From the NCBI GenBank assembly GCA_963844035.1, contig CAWJMT010000023.1:1-53303 (forward strand): DNA of 53,303 bases, in the 5' to 3' direction. Shown piece by piece: positions 1 through 11,523 of the stretch (positions are counted from its first letter, which is position 1; each line of letters starts with the position of its first letter). The stretch is from an uncultured Gemmatimonadales bacterium (lineage in GTDB: Bacteria; Gemmatimonadota; Gemmatimonadetes; Gemmatimonadales; GWC2-71-9). A model generated the notes under the pieces. That model searched no databases, was not told the origin of the DNA, and was given only the letters and a program-made list of their open reading frames with translations. A program made the translations under genes and the position numbers.

Positions 1-221
1 CTGGCCGAGCGCCAGAGGCGCGACACCCGCGCCGAGGACTCCTCAATTGGCGAGGCGCCGTCCAGGAAGGCCCCCTGCAATGCCGTGAAGGGGAGCAGCA
101 GCGCGCTCCGGGCGCGGCCGGTCCAGCTGGGCGGCAGAATAAGCAGGATCAGAGAAAGCGCGAGGTAGACGAGGAAGGCCCTGAGCAGCAGGCGCGCGGT
201 CCTAGAGGAGGAAGACTTCAT
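1..221 (-). CDS. mreC: Rod shape-determining protein MreC, N-terminal part (runs off window)
   Basis: ATG at 221, 8 bp after the mreB stop. Reads MKSSSSRTARLLLRAFLVYLALSLILLILPP (basic N-terminus plus TM helix). Call rests on position after mreB. Confidence 0.7.
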   Translation of the reverse strand, partial: MKSSSSRTARLLLRAFLVYLALSLILLILPPSWTGRARSALLLPFTALQGAFLDGASPIEESSARVSRLWRSA

Positions 222-229
222 CCAGCTCT

Positions 230-1285
230 CTATTCCTCGTCCGACCCTTCGAGGATGTCCTTGACGCGGTCGAGTTCTTCGAGGACGGCGCCGGTGCCGC
301 GGGCGACGGCGGTGAGCGGGTCCTCGGCGATGCGGACGGTCGAGGCCGGTTTCCTTGGCGATCAGGCGGTCAATGCCGCGCAGGAGCGCGCCGCCGCCGA
401 CGAGCGTCATGCCGCGGTCAATCAGGTCGGCGGAGAGTTCCGGGTCGGTGGTCTCCAGGGTGCGCTTGACGGCGTCGAGGATGACCTGGATCGGCTCGCT
501 GAGCGCCTCGCGCACTTCCTCGCTGGTGATGGTGGCCGAGCGCGGGAGGCCGGCGATCAGGTCGCGGCCTTTGACGGCGCGCGTCAGTTCCTTTTCGAGC
601 GGGGCGGCGGAGCCGATCTCGATCTTGATCGCCTCGGCGCGTGCGGCTCGCCGATGAGCAGGTTGTAGGTGCGCTTCATGTAGTTGATGATGGCCTCGTC
701 CATGTCGTCGCCGGCGATGCGGACGGACTGGCGCGTGACGATGCCGCCGAGGGAGATGACGGCGACCTCGGTGGTGCCGCCGCCGATGTCCACGATCATG
801 TTGCCGACCGGCTCGATGATGGGCAGGCCGACGCCGATGCCGGCGGCCTTCGGCTCGTCGATGAGGTAGACCTTGCGCGCGCCGGCGCGCTGGGCGGAGT
901 CAATGACGGCCTGCTTCTCGACGGCGGTGATGCCGCGAGGGGACGGCGATGACGACGCGCGGGCTGACGAGGCGGCGGCGGCCGTGGACCTTGCGGATGA
1001 AGTACTCGAGCATCGGCGCGCGTGATTTCGAAGTCGGTGATGACGCCGTCGCGCATGGGGCGGATGACCTGGATGGAGCCGGGGGTCTTGCCCGATCATC
1101 TCCTTGGCGACGTTGCCGACGGCGTTGCCGTTGTCGAGGACCTGGTTGGTGCCGCGCTTGACGGCGACGACGGAGGGCTCGGAGAGGACGATGCCCTCGC
1201 CGACCAGGCAGACGAGGGTGTTGGCGGTGCCGAGGTCAATGCCCATGTCGCGGGAGAAGAGTCCCGCAAGGCGGTTCAGAAACAT
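230..1285 (-). CDS. mreB: Rod shape-determining protein MreB (frameshifted)
   Basis: DMGIDLGTANTLV, EPSVVAV, GITAVEKQAV, IDEPKAAGIG and DIGGGTTEVAVISLGG actin-like ATPase motifs spread over several frames. Confidence 0.95.
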
Positions 1286-1769
1286 CCCAAATCCTTGACG
1301 GCGAGCGTCCGGAGCGCGTTCGGCCGCTCGAGGTAACGCCGCCGACAGAAACAATTGGGACCCTTACCGTTCCGTTCGGCAGAGCGGCACGCGCGGCCAT
1401 TCGGGCCGCGTCCCCTCGACGGGCGGAAAATCCGCGATACGTTCCGATCCCCGGCCCGCACGCACATCGTTCCCCCGTCCGCGCGGGTCCCCGTCACTCT
1501 GTGGTCGAGCGGGTGGTGGAGGTGGGACGATCCTCTGCGCGATGTGGGCGTCGGCGCTTCGCGTGCTACGGCTCGTGGGCGCAGGCGCCGTCGTGGTCGG
1601 AGTGGCGCCATCGGCGGCCTCCACCGGAGCGGGCGTGGCCGCCGGCGACGCTTCCGGCGCCATCGGCCGCGCGGGCGGCGTCATGCTTGCCGGAACGCCG
1701 CACCTTCTCGGCGCCGCGATAGTTTGTGAAGTACTCAAACGCGGGAAAGAACATGGCCACAGCCTGCGC

Positions 1770-2076
1770 AGTCTTGACGTGGATTTTTCGCAAGGAGCTC
1801 ATCCCACTCCACAACCTCTCCATCATGCGGCGGGATGAGATTCTGCAGGCTGTTCAGCGGCGCGGGGTGGCCCCCCTCCTCTGCGGTTACTTCGGCACGT
1901 TCAGTTTCGGGATCTTCAATGCGCGACCGGGATCCAGAAGGCGATACCTCTTGATGGCCTGCGACAAGGTCCAGCGACTCCTAAATGCAGGTTTTCGACT
2001 GCTCTTTGGAGCGCGCGGGGCCGAGAGCCGCTATTTCAGTCCCTACCTGATCTTTGTTGGCGTGAAGGAGCGCTAG
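1770..2076 (+). pseudogene. C-terminal fragment of a probable class I SAM-dependent methyltransferase; N-terminus missing
   Basis: VLTWIFRKELIPLHNLSIM...CGYFGTFSF...FSPYLIFVGVKER* resembles C-termini of glycan-locus methyltransferases (recollection). No SAM-binding motif upstream. Confidence 0.5.
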
Positions 2077-2147
2077 GCCGCCTATTACTCTGGCCGTTCA
2101 CTGCCGCGCAATCTGTGGATGCTGCTGTCCCGGACGGTTGCGGCTCG

Positions 2148-3543
2148 ATGACGGCGGTTTCGACGCTCGGCCGGCGAGTGGCTGGTTGGTTTCAAGGATC
2201 CGCCAACCGGCGCATCCTGGCGGCGATCCTGACCGTCGGCGGCTTCTCGGTCGTGGTCAAGCTGACTGCGACTGTGAAGGAGCTTGTGGTCGCATATCGG
2301 TTCGGCACTGGAGACGCGGTTGACGCGTTCCTGATCGCCTTCCTTGTTCCGTCGCTTGTCGTGAACGTGGTCGCAGGTTCGCTCACGGCAGCGTTTACTC
2401 CCGTCTACATCGAGGTTCGTGAGACTCAGGGGCCCTCGGCAGCCCGTCGCGTGTTTCAGAACGCTACCGCAGGAAGTGCGGCCCTTGTTCTTGTTGTGAC
2501 ATGCGTCTTGCTGGCGCTCACGCCGTTCGCTGCACGTTTCCTGGAAGGAAGTTTCAGCGCGGAGAAGCTGGCGCTTACACGGTCGCTGTTCTTTCTCCTC
2601 CTCCCGGTCATACTTCTCAACGCTGTCGTGACGATCTGGTCGGCGCTCCTGAATGCCGAGCAGCGGTTTGCATCAGTGGCGCTCGCTCCAGTGTGTGTGC
2701 CGTTGCTGACCCTGGCCATGGTTCTCGTCGCCGGTCGGACCTGGGGCATTTATTCCTTGGCCTTGGGAACGGTCTGCGGCTCTCTCGCTCAGTGTGGCGT
2801 CCTGGCGGTGGCTCTCATCCGCCAGGGGATGCCGGTGTTGCCGCGGTGGAATGGCGTGACTCCGGAGTTGCGGAAGGTCGCCTTCCAGTATGTCCCGATG
2901 GTGGCGGGAGCCGCGCTCATGAGTAGCAGCTGGGCCATAGGCCAGGCCATGGCTGCCATGCTGCCGGCGGGGAGTGTGGCGTCCCTGAACTATGGGAATA
3001 AGGTTGTCGGGATGACTACCGAAATTGGCTCGATGGCGCTGGCGACGGCCGTCCTGCCTCATTTTTCCGTGATGGTCGCGCGGCGTGATTGGTCCTCGAT
3101 CCGGAGAACTCTCCGCGTCTACGTGCGTCTGATCGTGCTGACCGCGCTACCGGCGACAGTGATCTTGATTCTCTTTTCAAGGGCAATCGTTCGGATCCTG
3201 TTCGAACGGGGCGCGTTCACGGCGGCAGACACGAGCCTCGTGGCGAGCATCCAGGTTCTCTATCTTCTGCAAGTGCCGTTCGTGATGGTGGGTATGCTGT
3301 TTGTTCGGCTGGCCTCGTCGCTCCAGAGGAACCAGATCCTCCTGTGGGGAGCGGCCATCACTTTGCCGTTGAATGTCGCTGCTCAACCTTGCATTGATGC
3401 GGTGGCTGGGCGTCGCCGGGATCGCGCTCTCAACGTCTATCGTGTTCCTCGTTTCCTGCTGCTATCTCGTGGTGTCTGTCCAGCGTGCGCTCAGGATCGC
3501 GGAGCGACGGTACCCACAAGGTCCCGTCGTCGAGGCGGCCTGA
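2148..3543 (+). CDS. MurJ/MviN-family (MOP) flippase (frameshift near 3385)
   Basis: VKELVVAYRFGTGDAVDAFLIAF, FTPVY, GSVASLNYG and ILFERGAFTAADT motifs; many TM segments. Confidence 0.9.
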
Positions 3544-3549
3544 GGAGAC

Positions 3550-4936
3550 GTGATGAGCGACTCTGCGATGAGCTCACCGAGACGAATCCCCGATCCATTG
3601 CTCTACCTCGTTCCGTTGGCGCTGGCGTTCCCACCGCTGCTGGCATACGGTGGAAGAGCGCTCGGTTGGCCGGGTGGACGGCTCTCGACCCGGTTGGCAC
3701 TGGTCGTCTGCATCGGGATCTTCCTGCTTCTCCGACTGCTGCGGCGCGACCTGTCCTACCGCCGGATCCCGGGCCTCGGGTTCGTGGCCCCTTACGTGCT
3801 GCTCGTGATCGCGTCGGTGCTGTGGGGCGTCCTGGGACCGTACAACGGCGACGCGGCAGCGATCGCGAACGAATTGCTCACCTGGTTGATCCTCGGCGCA
3901 GTATTCCTCGCCGTCGCCGGATCATTTCATGAGGAACGTGATCTCAAGGCCGCAGGCCGCGTACTCATTGCGGTAGCGCTCGTTGAGGTTGCCTACTCTG
4001 GGCTCCAGGCACTCGTCCTGACAGGAAACGATGTTCTCGTGCCCCTCCCCATCGTCGAGGTCACGCAATACGCACGTGGGGATCTGTCCGTTCGGAGCCC
4101 TCCGGCTATACGGCTCGCTGCCCAATCTCGGGCCCAACTTCTTTGGGGCATTCCTGCTTGTTCCCACGGCCTTGCTATTTAGCCGCGCATTCAGCCATCG
4201 CGGGTTCGCGCGGGCGGGGCGGCTGCTCGCAGGCGTTACGTGTGCAGCGGTGATCGCCGCGACGTATTCGCGTGGAGCCATGCTGGGACTCGCGATCGCC
4301 CTTCTCATGATTCCGGTGTGGCGCCGAAGCTGGCGGGGCGCCGTCGGAATGATGAGCGCGATCGGTCTGGCGGGTCTCCTGGCGATGCAGACACCGGTTG
4401 GACGCCACGTGACGGAGCTTTACGAATCGGGGCAGTTCGACGTGTCGGGTAGCGCGCGCTTGTATCTGTGGAAGGCGATCTTCAAGAGCGCTGCGGACCA
4501 CCCCCTCGGGCTGGGGTTCAACGGATGGCCTCGTGCAGCTCGGGTCTCGATTGACGTCGGGCTTGAGGACCCCCCGGCTACCATAGGCGCCGAGCATCCC
4601 GCAGAAAACCAATGGATGCGAGAGCTCGCCGACCGCGGCATTCCAGGAGTGGTTGCATTGGCCCTACTCGTCGGCGGGCTGATCCGCTTGACATTCCGGG
4701 CAGCGGATTCGAGGCGGTCAAGCGGGTATACCCGAGATCTCGTAGTCGCTGTGGGCGCTGCATCCGTGGGTTGGGCGTTTGCATTTCTCACCGGGGACCA
4801 TCTGATGTATGACAGTTCTGCGGGAATGATTTGGTACACGATTGCCCTTGCCCTCGGAGCGGCACGCGACGCTGTCCCACTGTTACCACAAATCGAGAGT
4901 TCTCCGTTTGAGGATGCGCTCGGCGCTCGTGCCTGA
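3550..4936 (+). CDS. O-antigen ligase / Wzy polymerase family membrane protein (frameshift near 4085)
   Basis: Polytopic protein with RLYGSLPN.GPNFFG, ATYSRGA, SARLYLWK, HPLGLG and H..N.WMRELADRGIPG Wzy_C-like motifs. Confidence 0.85.
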
Positions 4937-4948
4937 GGCGTCAGCCAG

Positions 4949-6120
4949 GTGACTCGGCGCTACCGGGTACTCCACACAATCACCCTGTTCCCGCAGTCCT
5001 CTGGCGCGGCAGAGAACACGAAACTCACTCTCAATCTGCTCGACCGCAGCCGGTTTGAGCCGTTTCTCGCTACGGCGCCAGGGCAGTCCATGGATGCGGA
5101 AGTCGCGCCTGACGTGGTCCGTATCCCCCTGAGGTTCCTGAGGCGGCCCATCAACCCGGTCGTGGATCTGTCCGCATTTGCGGAGCTCTACAGCGCGATG
5201 CGTCGCTTTCGGTTCGACGCCGTCCACACCCACAGTGCCAAGGACGGCATCCTCGGCCGGTGGGCGGCGCGCCTCGCGCGGACACCGGCCATCGTCCACA
5301 CGATCCACAACGTTTCATTCCGGGCTTCAACGAGCAGGCATCGTCAACGCACAGTACGCCATGCAGGAGCGGTGGGCCGCGCGGATCACTGATCGGCTGC
5401 TCGCGGTCTCAGCTGTGAACTCGGCCACGTACCTCGCGCGGGGCATCGGGCGCCCAGACCAGTATCGGACCGTCTACTCCGGGCTCGACTTGGCCCGTTA
5501 TGCCGACGACGGACGCCCAGCGGCGGTGCGCCGGGCCGAGATGGGGCTCCCCAGTCGACCCGGTCCGTGGGTGGGATGGCTGGGACGTTTCAACCCGCAA
5601 AAGGATCCGCTGACGTTCATCCGCGCTGCGCAGCTGGTCGTGGCCAGGTTCCCAGGCGTGCAGTTCATCGTCTGTGGTGACGATCCTTTGGAGCCTTCGC
5701 TCGAGGGAGAGGCGCGGGCTCTTGCGAGCGAGCTTGGTCTCTCAGACGCGAATGCATTTCCTGGGATTTCGGCGCGATGTGACCAACACGCTACGCAGCG
5801 TCGAGATGGTAATGCACTCGTCGCGCTACGAGGGGATGGGGCGGGTAATCTGCGAAGCGCTCGCCTGCGAGCGGCCCGTCGCCGGGACGGCGGTGGACGG
5901 TGTGGTCGAGGTCATCGACTCCGGGCAGCGCGGTGGCCTGCTTGTGCCCCCCGGCGACCCTATCGCTCTGGCCGAGGCGACTCTACGGCTGCTCAGGGAC
6001 AAGGTCTTCGCCCATGAGCTTGCGCGTGCCGGACGCCAGTGGGTAATGCAGAACCTCTCGGCGGCGACGATGGTTAGCGAGATCGAATCTGTTTACATGG
6101 AACTGCTCGATCGGGGGTAA
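4949..6120 (+). CDS. Glycosyltransferase family 4 (frameshifted)
   Basis: VHTHSAKDGILGRWAA, GRFNPQKD, FLGFRRDV, SRYEGMGRVICEALAC. Confidence 0.92.
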
Positions 6121-6208
6121 CACTGCCCAACTGCTCATCGGGTCACTCACGTAGGTCACCACGAAGGCGCCCGGACCAAAGCCGTCCCTGGTCACCTACC
6201 GCTGAGGT

Positions 6209-7241
6209 CTAGGCTTCCGAGGAAATCGGGCCAGGGATTCCGTCACTCGCCGATGGAAGACGGAGGTATTCGGGATCTCCGGAGGCCATCAGGTCGTCAC
6301 GGTGCTGCAACATGATCGCGAGCGCTGCAGCCAGGATGCCTACGACGAAGGTGACCAGAAGGACGGTGATCGAGCGCTGTGGACGAATGCGTCTCCCCGG
6401 AACCGCCGGGTGGTCGATGATCGTGAGGACGGGGGTGTTGTTGACCTCCTCGATGCGAGCCGTTTCGTATTCCCGACGCAGCGTGAGGTACAGCTCCTGC
6501 TGAACGGTCACCTGCCGCGTCAGCTGTTGCTCCTCGAAGCGCAACTTGGGTGAGCTCTGCAATTGCCGGTTGCGATCGTAGAAGGTACGCAACGCATCCT
6601 CAGCGCCGCGCAGCTCTTGCTCCGACGTGGCGACGCGTCCCTCAACAAACTTGCGCCGTTCTCCCGCCGTGCTCTGGCGGCTATGCACGTTGAAATCCGC
6701 AAGGCGGGTGATGAGAAGATCGAGGACATCGCGCGCGGCGACAGGCGATGGCGCTTCGACGGCGACGCGAACGACGTCGGTCCGCTGATCGACTCCGAGC
6801 TTCACGTGATTCCGAAGGGTCTTGATGCCGTCGTCGAGGCGTCGTTCCGGGGTGGAGCCGCGGATGCGGTACAGGTCGTAGACGGTGATGCTGTCACCCG
6901 GGACGCTCCCGGGGATCTTGGACAGCGAGCACCGCACCGAGAATCTCCCGACTCCTGAGCAGATCGGCGTAGAACGCAGGCGATCGGCTGGCTTCGGCGC
7001 CCAAGCTCATTCCGAACTGCGACGCGAGGCCCGAGAGACCTGCCGGAAGGCGCGGTTGCGCCCCGTGTTCCGCTACGAAAGACGCCGAGGCCGCGTACGT
7101 CGATGGCATCAGGAGAACGGCGATGGATGTGGCGACTGCGGCAAGGAACGGAACCCCGACGACCAGGCGAGGCCGGGCGACCAGGGCTTCCAAGACGTGG
7201 AATACGGTTCGGCGCTCGCCTGATTCGCTGGGCGTGCTCAC
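6209..7241 (-). CDS. Wzz/GNVR polysaccharide chain-length regulator (frameshifted)
   Basis: N-terminal TM followed by TYAASASF, a coiled coil, YETARIEE, IIDHPAVP..RIRPQR and a C-terminal TM. Confidence 0.85.
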
Positions 7242-7294
7242 TGCGTCGCAACCACGATGATCGCCACCGTAGCCGCCAGGATCTGCGCGACCGC
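7236..7294. repeat. 59-bp direct repeat, copy 1 (duplicated 3' end of the SLBB/wza gene)
   Basis: 57/59 identical to 8132-8190. Confidence 0.95.
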
Positions 7295-7379
7295 CGCGAC
7301 TAAAGGCGCGGCTCGGCCCTGCCCGCGAACGGGCGTGGAGGCTCGTACGACACTGAGGTGTGCTTGGTTCACAGGTGGG

Positions 7380-7949
7380 TCAGCGTCGCGGGCCCAGGAC
7401 CTCGTCCACCGAGATTGCGCCGGTGGCGACGAGGAGCGCGGCGAGTGTGTCGCCCCGTCCGAGCGTGCGAACCTCACGGTATCCCTCGGGGCCAGGGTGT
7501 CGATGGACTTCGATGACGTCGTGCTCGAGATCCACCAGCCAGGCCTCGGGAATCCTCGCCGCGGCGTAGAGTGGCAGCTTGACGTCGCGGTCCGCCGCGA
7601 GTGACGTGTCCGCGACCTCGACTACCAGGAGGATGTCTTCGGGCCCCGGGTGGGCGGTGCGGTATCCGTCGGCGCGCGGTTTGAGTACCGCGACATCGGG
7701 TTGGGGCTCCCCCCGCGCGCCCAGCACCACCGGGTTCTGCCCATGAATCATTGCGGCGTCCCCGACCCGCCGCGACAGGACCCGGATCAGCGCGTCCACG
7801 CACCCCGCGTGCTCCGGCCCAATGGGTGTCATCTCGACGACCTGACCGTCGAGCAGCTCCACGCGGTCGTCTTCGCCGAGGATCCCTGCCTCGGCCAGCC
7901 GGTGGTAATCGTCCACCGTGAACGGGCCCTTGAGTAGTCGTGTCGGCAT
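7380..7949 (-). CDS. Uma2 family (DUF820) endonuclease-like protein
   Basis: FTVDDYHRL..AGIL.EDDRVELLDG, EPQPDVAV, LLVVEVADTS..DR.VKLPLYA.A.IPE.WLVD. Confidence 0.95.
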   Translation of the reverse strand: MPTRLLKGPFTVDDYHRLAEAGILGEDDRVELLDGQVVEMTPIGPEHAGCVDALIRVLSRRVGDAAMIHGQNPVVLGARGEPQPDVAVLKPRADGYRTAHPGPEDILLVVEVADTSLAADRDVKLPLYAAARIPEAWLVDLEHDVIEVHRHPGPEGYREVRTLGRGDTLAALLVATGAISVDEVLGPRR

Positions 7950-8131
7950 GTAGGATGACCTCTCCGGTCAATCTCGGGAGCGCTGGGGGTGGCGGCAAGT
8001 GGAGGCCCGGACATGGCCGAGGATGTCAGCCGGGGCCCAGCCCATCGTCATCGGAATCGTGCCGCGTGCTGCCGTTCGGTTGCGCCGCTTCGTAGCCAGC
8101 CCTTCAACTCCGCATGCCGCATTCGCACCCC

Positions 8132-8190
8132 GCTCACTGCGTCGCAACCACGATAATCGCCACCGTGGCCGCCAGGATCTGCGCGACCGC
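8132..8190. repeat. 59-bp direct repeat, copy 2 (true 3' end of the SLBB/wza gene)
   Basis: Matches 7236-7294. Confidence 0.95.
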
Positions 8191-10376
8191 GCCCGCGAGC
8201 GCCACCCAGTCGGTGTGCACCGTCGAGTCCTTCGCCGGCACGAACACCTCCGACCCGGGCCCGGGCTTCGGGTTGCTCGAGGACAGCAGCGACGTGCCCT
8301 TGGTACGCACCTCGCCGTTCGCGTACTTCACGCTCACGCGTCCCTTGTCCGCCTTGTAGCTGAATCCGCCCGCCGCGCTGAGGTAGTACTCGAGGCTCTT
8401 GCCCTTCTGCCACAGCACGCTGCCGGGCGAGTTGACCGCGCCCGACACCTTCACGCTCGGCTGGTACTCCGGGATCAGGATCGAGTCGCCGGGCTGCAAC
8501 GTGATGTTGTGGTCCGAGGTACGATCCTTCAGCGCCTGCGGCAGCTCCACGTTGATCCGGCCCACGTCGTGCTCGGCACGGAAAAACTGGATCCCCTCCG
8601 GGTACGCCTGTGGGGTGAGGCCCCCGGCCCGGTCGATCAGGTCCGCCACGCGCTCGTCCTTCGTCTTCAATGTGTAGATGCCGGCAAACCGGACCTCGCC
8701 CGCGATGAACACGGTGCGCTGTAGCTGGAAGTCCGGCTGCTTCAGGATCAAGACGTTGTCGTACGGCTGGAGCACCACCTCGGGCGCGCCGCCCGCCGGG
8801 AAGGCCTCGCCGGCTGCGCCGAAGTAGCGGCCGGTGGAGTCGCGCTCGATCAAGTAGGTCGAATCGAGCGGCACCCGGATCGTCTCCGCGAGGCGGCCGT
8901 TGGCGCGGTCGGCCGGCAGCCGCGCGACCTCGGCCTCCTTGAGATAGGCGCCGACTCTGGGGCCGCGCGCCAGCAGCACGAGATCGCGCAGTGTGATCCC
9001 CTCGCGCCACGCGTATTGGCCCGGCTTGTTCACCATCCCGGCGATCGCGACGTACAGCGTGCTGCTGAGCCCCGGCACCGAGTCCACCACGACCGAGTCG
9101 CCGTTCTCGAGCGACACCGGCGGGACCACGACGCCGTTGATCACCGACGCCGCAGGCGCCGAGCGGGGAGCGGGCGTGAGGGCGACGTCCACGACGGCAC
9201 GCGGGTACGGCCCCGGTCCGCGCTGCGCGGCGGGGAGGATGCGGTGGACGGAGACGCGCCTGAGCGCCGCATTGGCCCGAAAGCCCCCCGCCGCCCGGAG
9301 CAGGTCCACCAGGGTTTCCGGGGCCTTCACCTCGTAGATGGCCGGCCGGATGACCGCTCCGGTGATCTGCGCCCGGGGTCCCGTGCAGCGGCACGAACAC
9401 CACGTCGCCCGGTTTCGAGCCGAATGTCGCTGCGCTTCTCTCCCCGCAAGAGATAATCGTAGAGATCGACCGACAGCTCGGGCTTGTCGATGCGGCGGAC
9501 CATGATGCGCCGCAGGTCGGCGCGGTCGGTGATGCCGCCCGCCGCATACAGCGAGGTCAGCACCGTGCCGAGCGCGCTCACCTGATACGCGCCGGGCTGC
9601 TTGACCTCGCCGATCACGTAGACCTGATTCACCCGCACGTTGACGACCGAGATGTCGAACCGCGTGGTGGCGTCGGCGCCGCGCTTCACCCCGGAGTACA
9701 CCCGGCCGAGGCGGGTGTACAGCAGGTCGCGCAGCTTGTCGAGCGTGAGATTGGCGACGAACACCTGCCCCACCTGGGGGATCAGCACGAATCCTTCGCG
9801 CGTCACCTGGAGCGCGTACGCGAACTCGAGCTCGCCCGTGAGGATCAGCACCAGATGATCGCCCGGGCCGAGCGCGTAGTCCGCCGGGACGGGACCGGCG
9901 AGCGTGGGCAGGAACTGCGTGGTGCTGCGCCGGAACACGTCGACGCCGAAGACGTAGTTCCCAGCCGCGAGTGATTCCGCGCGCAATGCCTCCTGCATCC
10001 GGATCATCCCGGTGTCGACGCGCATCTGGTCGGGCGGTGGCACCAGGGTCCCCAGGCCGAGCGCCTCCACCGCCGCGAGCTGGTCGGCGCCCGGGGTGAG
10101 GGCTGCCTGGCCCGGCTGCGCCGCGCCGAGATACGTATCGAGCAGGTCCGGGGGGTAACCGCTGGCCGCGAGCCGCGCGCGGACCTGATCGGGAGTCATG
10201 CCGGAGGCTTGCAGCCGCGAGCGCAGCTGCTCGGCGAGCGCGGGATTGGATTGCGCCGCCTGCAGCGCCTGGCGTACCTGGGACGGCGACGGGGTCTGCG
10301 CGAGCCCCGTGGAAGCGCCGCACAGCAGGGTTCCGACGAGCAGCGCGAGTCCGGATCGATTGCGTTGGGCGGCCAT
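8134..10376 (-). CDS. SLBB-domain polysaccharide export protein (Wza/KpsD-like; frameshift near 9380)
   Basis: Signal peptide, DYALGPGD Poly_export motif, repeated SLBB units (V.GEV..PG.Y, AAGG) and a C-terminal helix. Confidence 0.92.
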
Positions 10377-10493
10377 GGGCTCGCGCCAATATGCCTTTGT
10401 AACTGAATGCGAGTCAAGGCGTTAATCGCGTGCGCCTCGGGCGAACGTTAGCTTGTCGTCGTCCCGTCTACCTAATTGAGGAGATACGGTTGC

Positions 10494-11327
10494 ATGGGTC
10501 TGTTCGGGGCGGTGGCCCAGTATGCGCAAGACACGCTCTGCATCGTCAGAAGCCCTCATCCGTGGTCACGCCGGATGCGGCTCTGGCTGCGGCTGAATAC
10601 GCTCAGCGCGGGATTCAGGGCGGGCAACCTGCTCGGGTTTCAGGTCACTCGCTTCAGCGGCTCGACGTTCCTTCTCCTCTACCGCGAAATCTTTGCGCGT
10701 CAGTCCTATCTGTTCACGGCGCGCAGCGCGAGGCCGCTCATTCTCGATTGCGGCGCCAACATCGGCATGTCGGTCTTGTACTTCAAATGGCTCTATCCGG
10801 ACGCGGAGATCAGGGCGTTCGAGCCTGAGCCGCGAACCTTCGCCGCGCTGCAGGAAAACGTGGCGCGCAATCGTCTCGCCGATGTTGCCGTTCACAACAT
10901 TGCTCTATGGGATACCGATGGGCGCCTGGACCTCTTCGTGCCCGGGGATCAAGGTGGGAGTCTGGTCGCGAGCGCCAATCCCGCGCGGAGAGGCGGGACC
11001 GCCGTCAGCGTGCCGTGCGCCCGGCTGTCGTCGTTCATCGAACGTGAAGTCGACTTTCTCAAGATCGACGTGGAAGGCGCCGAGCTACGGATTCTCACGG
11101 ACCTGGCACAGTCGGGAAAACTGCGCCTCATCCGCCAAATGGTCATCGAATATCATCACAACATCCCCTCAGAGCCGGCGGCGCTGTCGCGCCTGCTGCA
11201 TCTCCTCGAGGACGCGGGCTTTACCTATCAAATGTCGGCGTGGTCCTTTCCCCTGGTCGGGAAAGAACATTTTCAGGATGTGCTCATCGGGGCGGTGCGG
11301 GCGGGGACCGTGGCGGGCGACGAGTAG
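10494..11327 (+). CDS. FkbM family methyltransferase
   Basis: ILDCGANIG, AFEPEP, FLKIDVEGAE, IEYH. Confidence 0.93.
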   Translation: MGLFGAVAQYAQDTLCIVRSPHPWSRRMRLWLRLNTLSAGFRAGNLLGFQVTRFSGSTFLLLYREIFARQSYLFTARSARPLILDCGANIGMSVLYFKWLYPDAEIRAFEPEPRTFAALQENVARNRLADVAVHNIALWDTDGRLDLFVPGDQGGSLVASANPARRGGTAVSVPCARLSSFIEREVDFLKIDVEGAELRILTDLAQSGKLRLIRQMVIEYHHNIPSEPAALSRLLHLLEDAGFTYQMSAWSFPLVGKEHFQDVLIGAVRAGTVAGDE

Positions 11328-11333
11328 CGCGAT

Positions 11334-11432
11334 CGCGGCTAAAGCCGCGGCTCGGCGTCTCCCGCTAAAGCGGGTTAGCGCGCCGCCCGTTTACGGGCAG
11401 GTGCCGAGCCGCGAGTTCACTCGCGCCGGCGA
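11334..11432. repeat. REPIN/BIME-like multi-hairpin repeat, left copy
   Basis: Hairpins CGCGGC-TAAA-GCCGCG, CCCGC-TAAA-GCGGG, GCCCG-TTTA-CGGGC and CGCGAG-TTCA-CTCGCG; near-identical to 12039-12136. Confidence 0.9.
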
Positions 11433-11523
11433 ACCGCGCGTTCACGGGCGAGCAGCGGGCTCTCGCGCCGATCCGCATTGAAATGATGACGCTCGCGTCA
11501 GAACTCGTGCGACACTCACGCCT

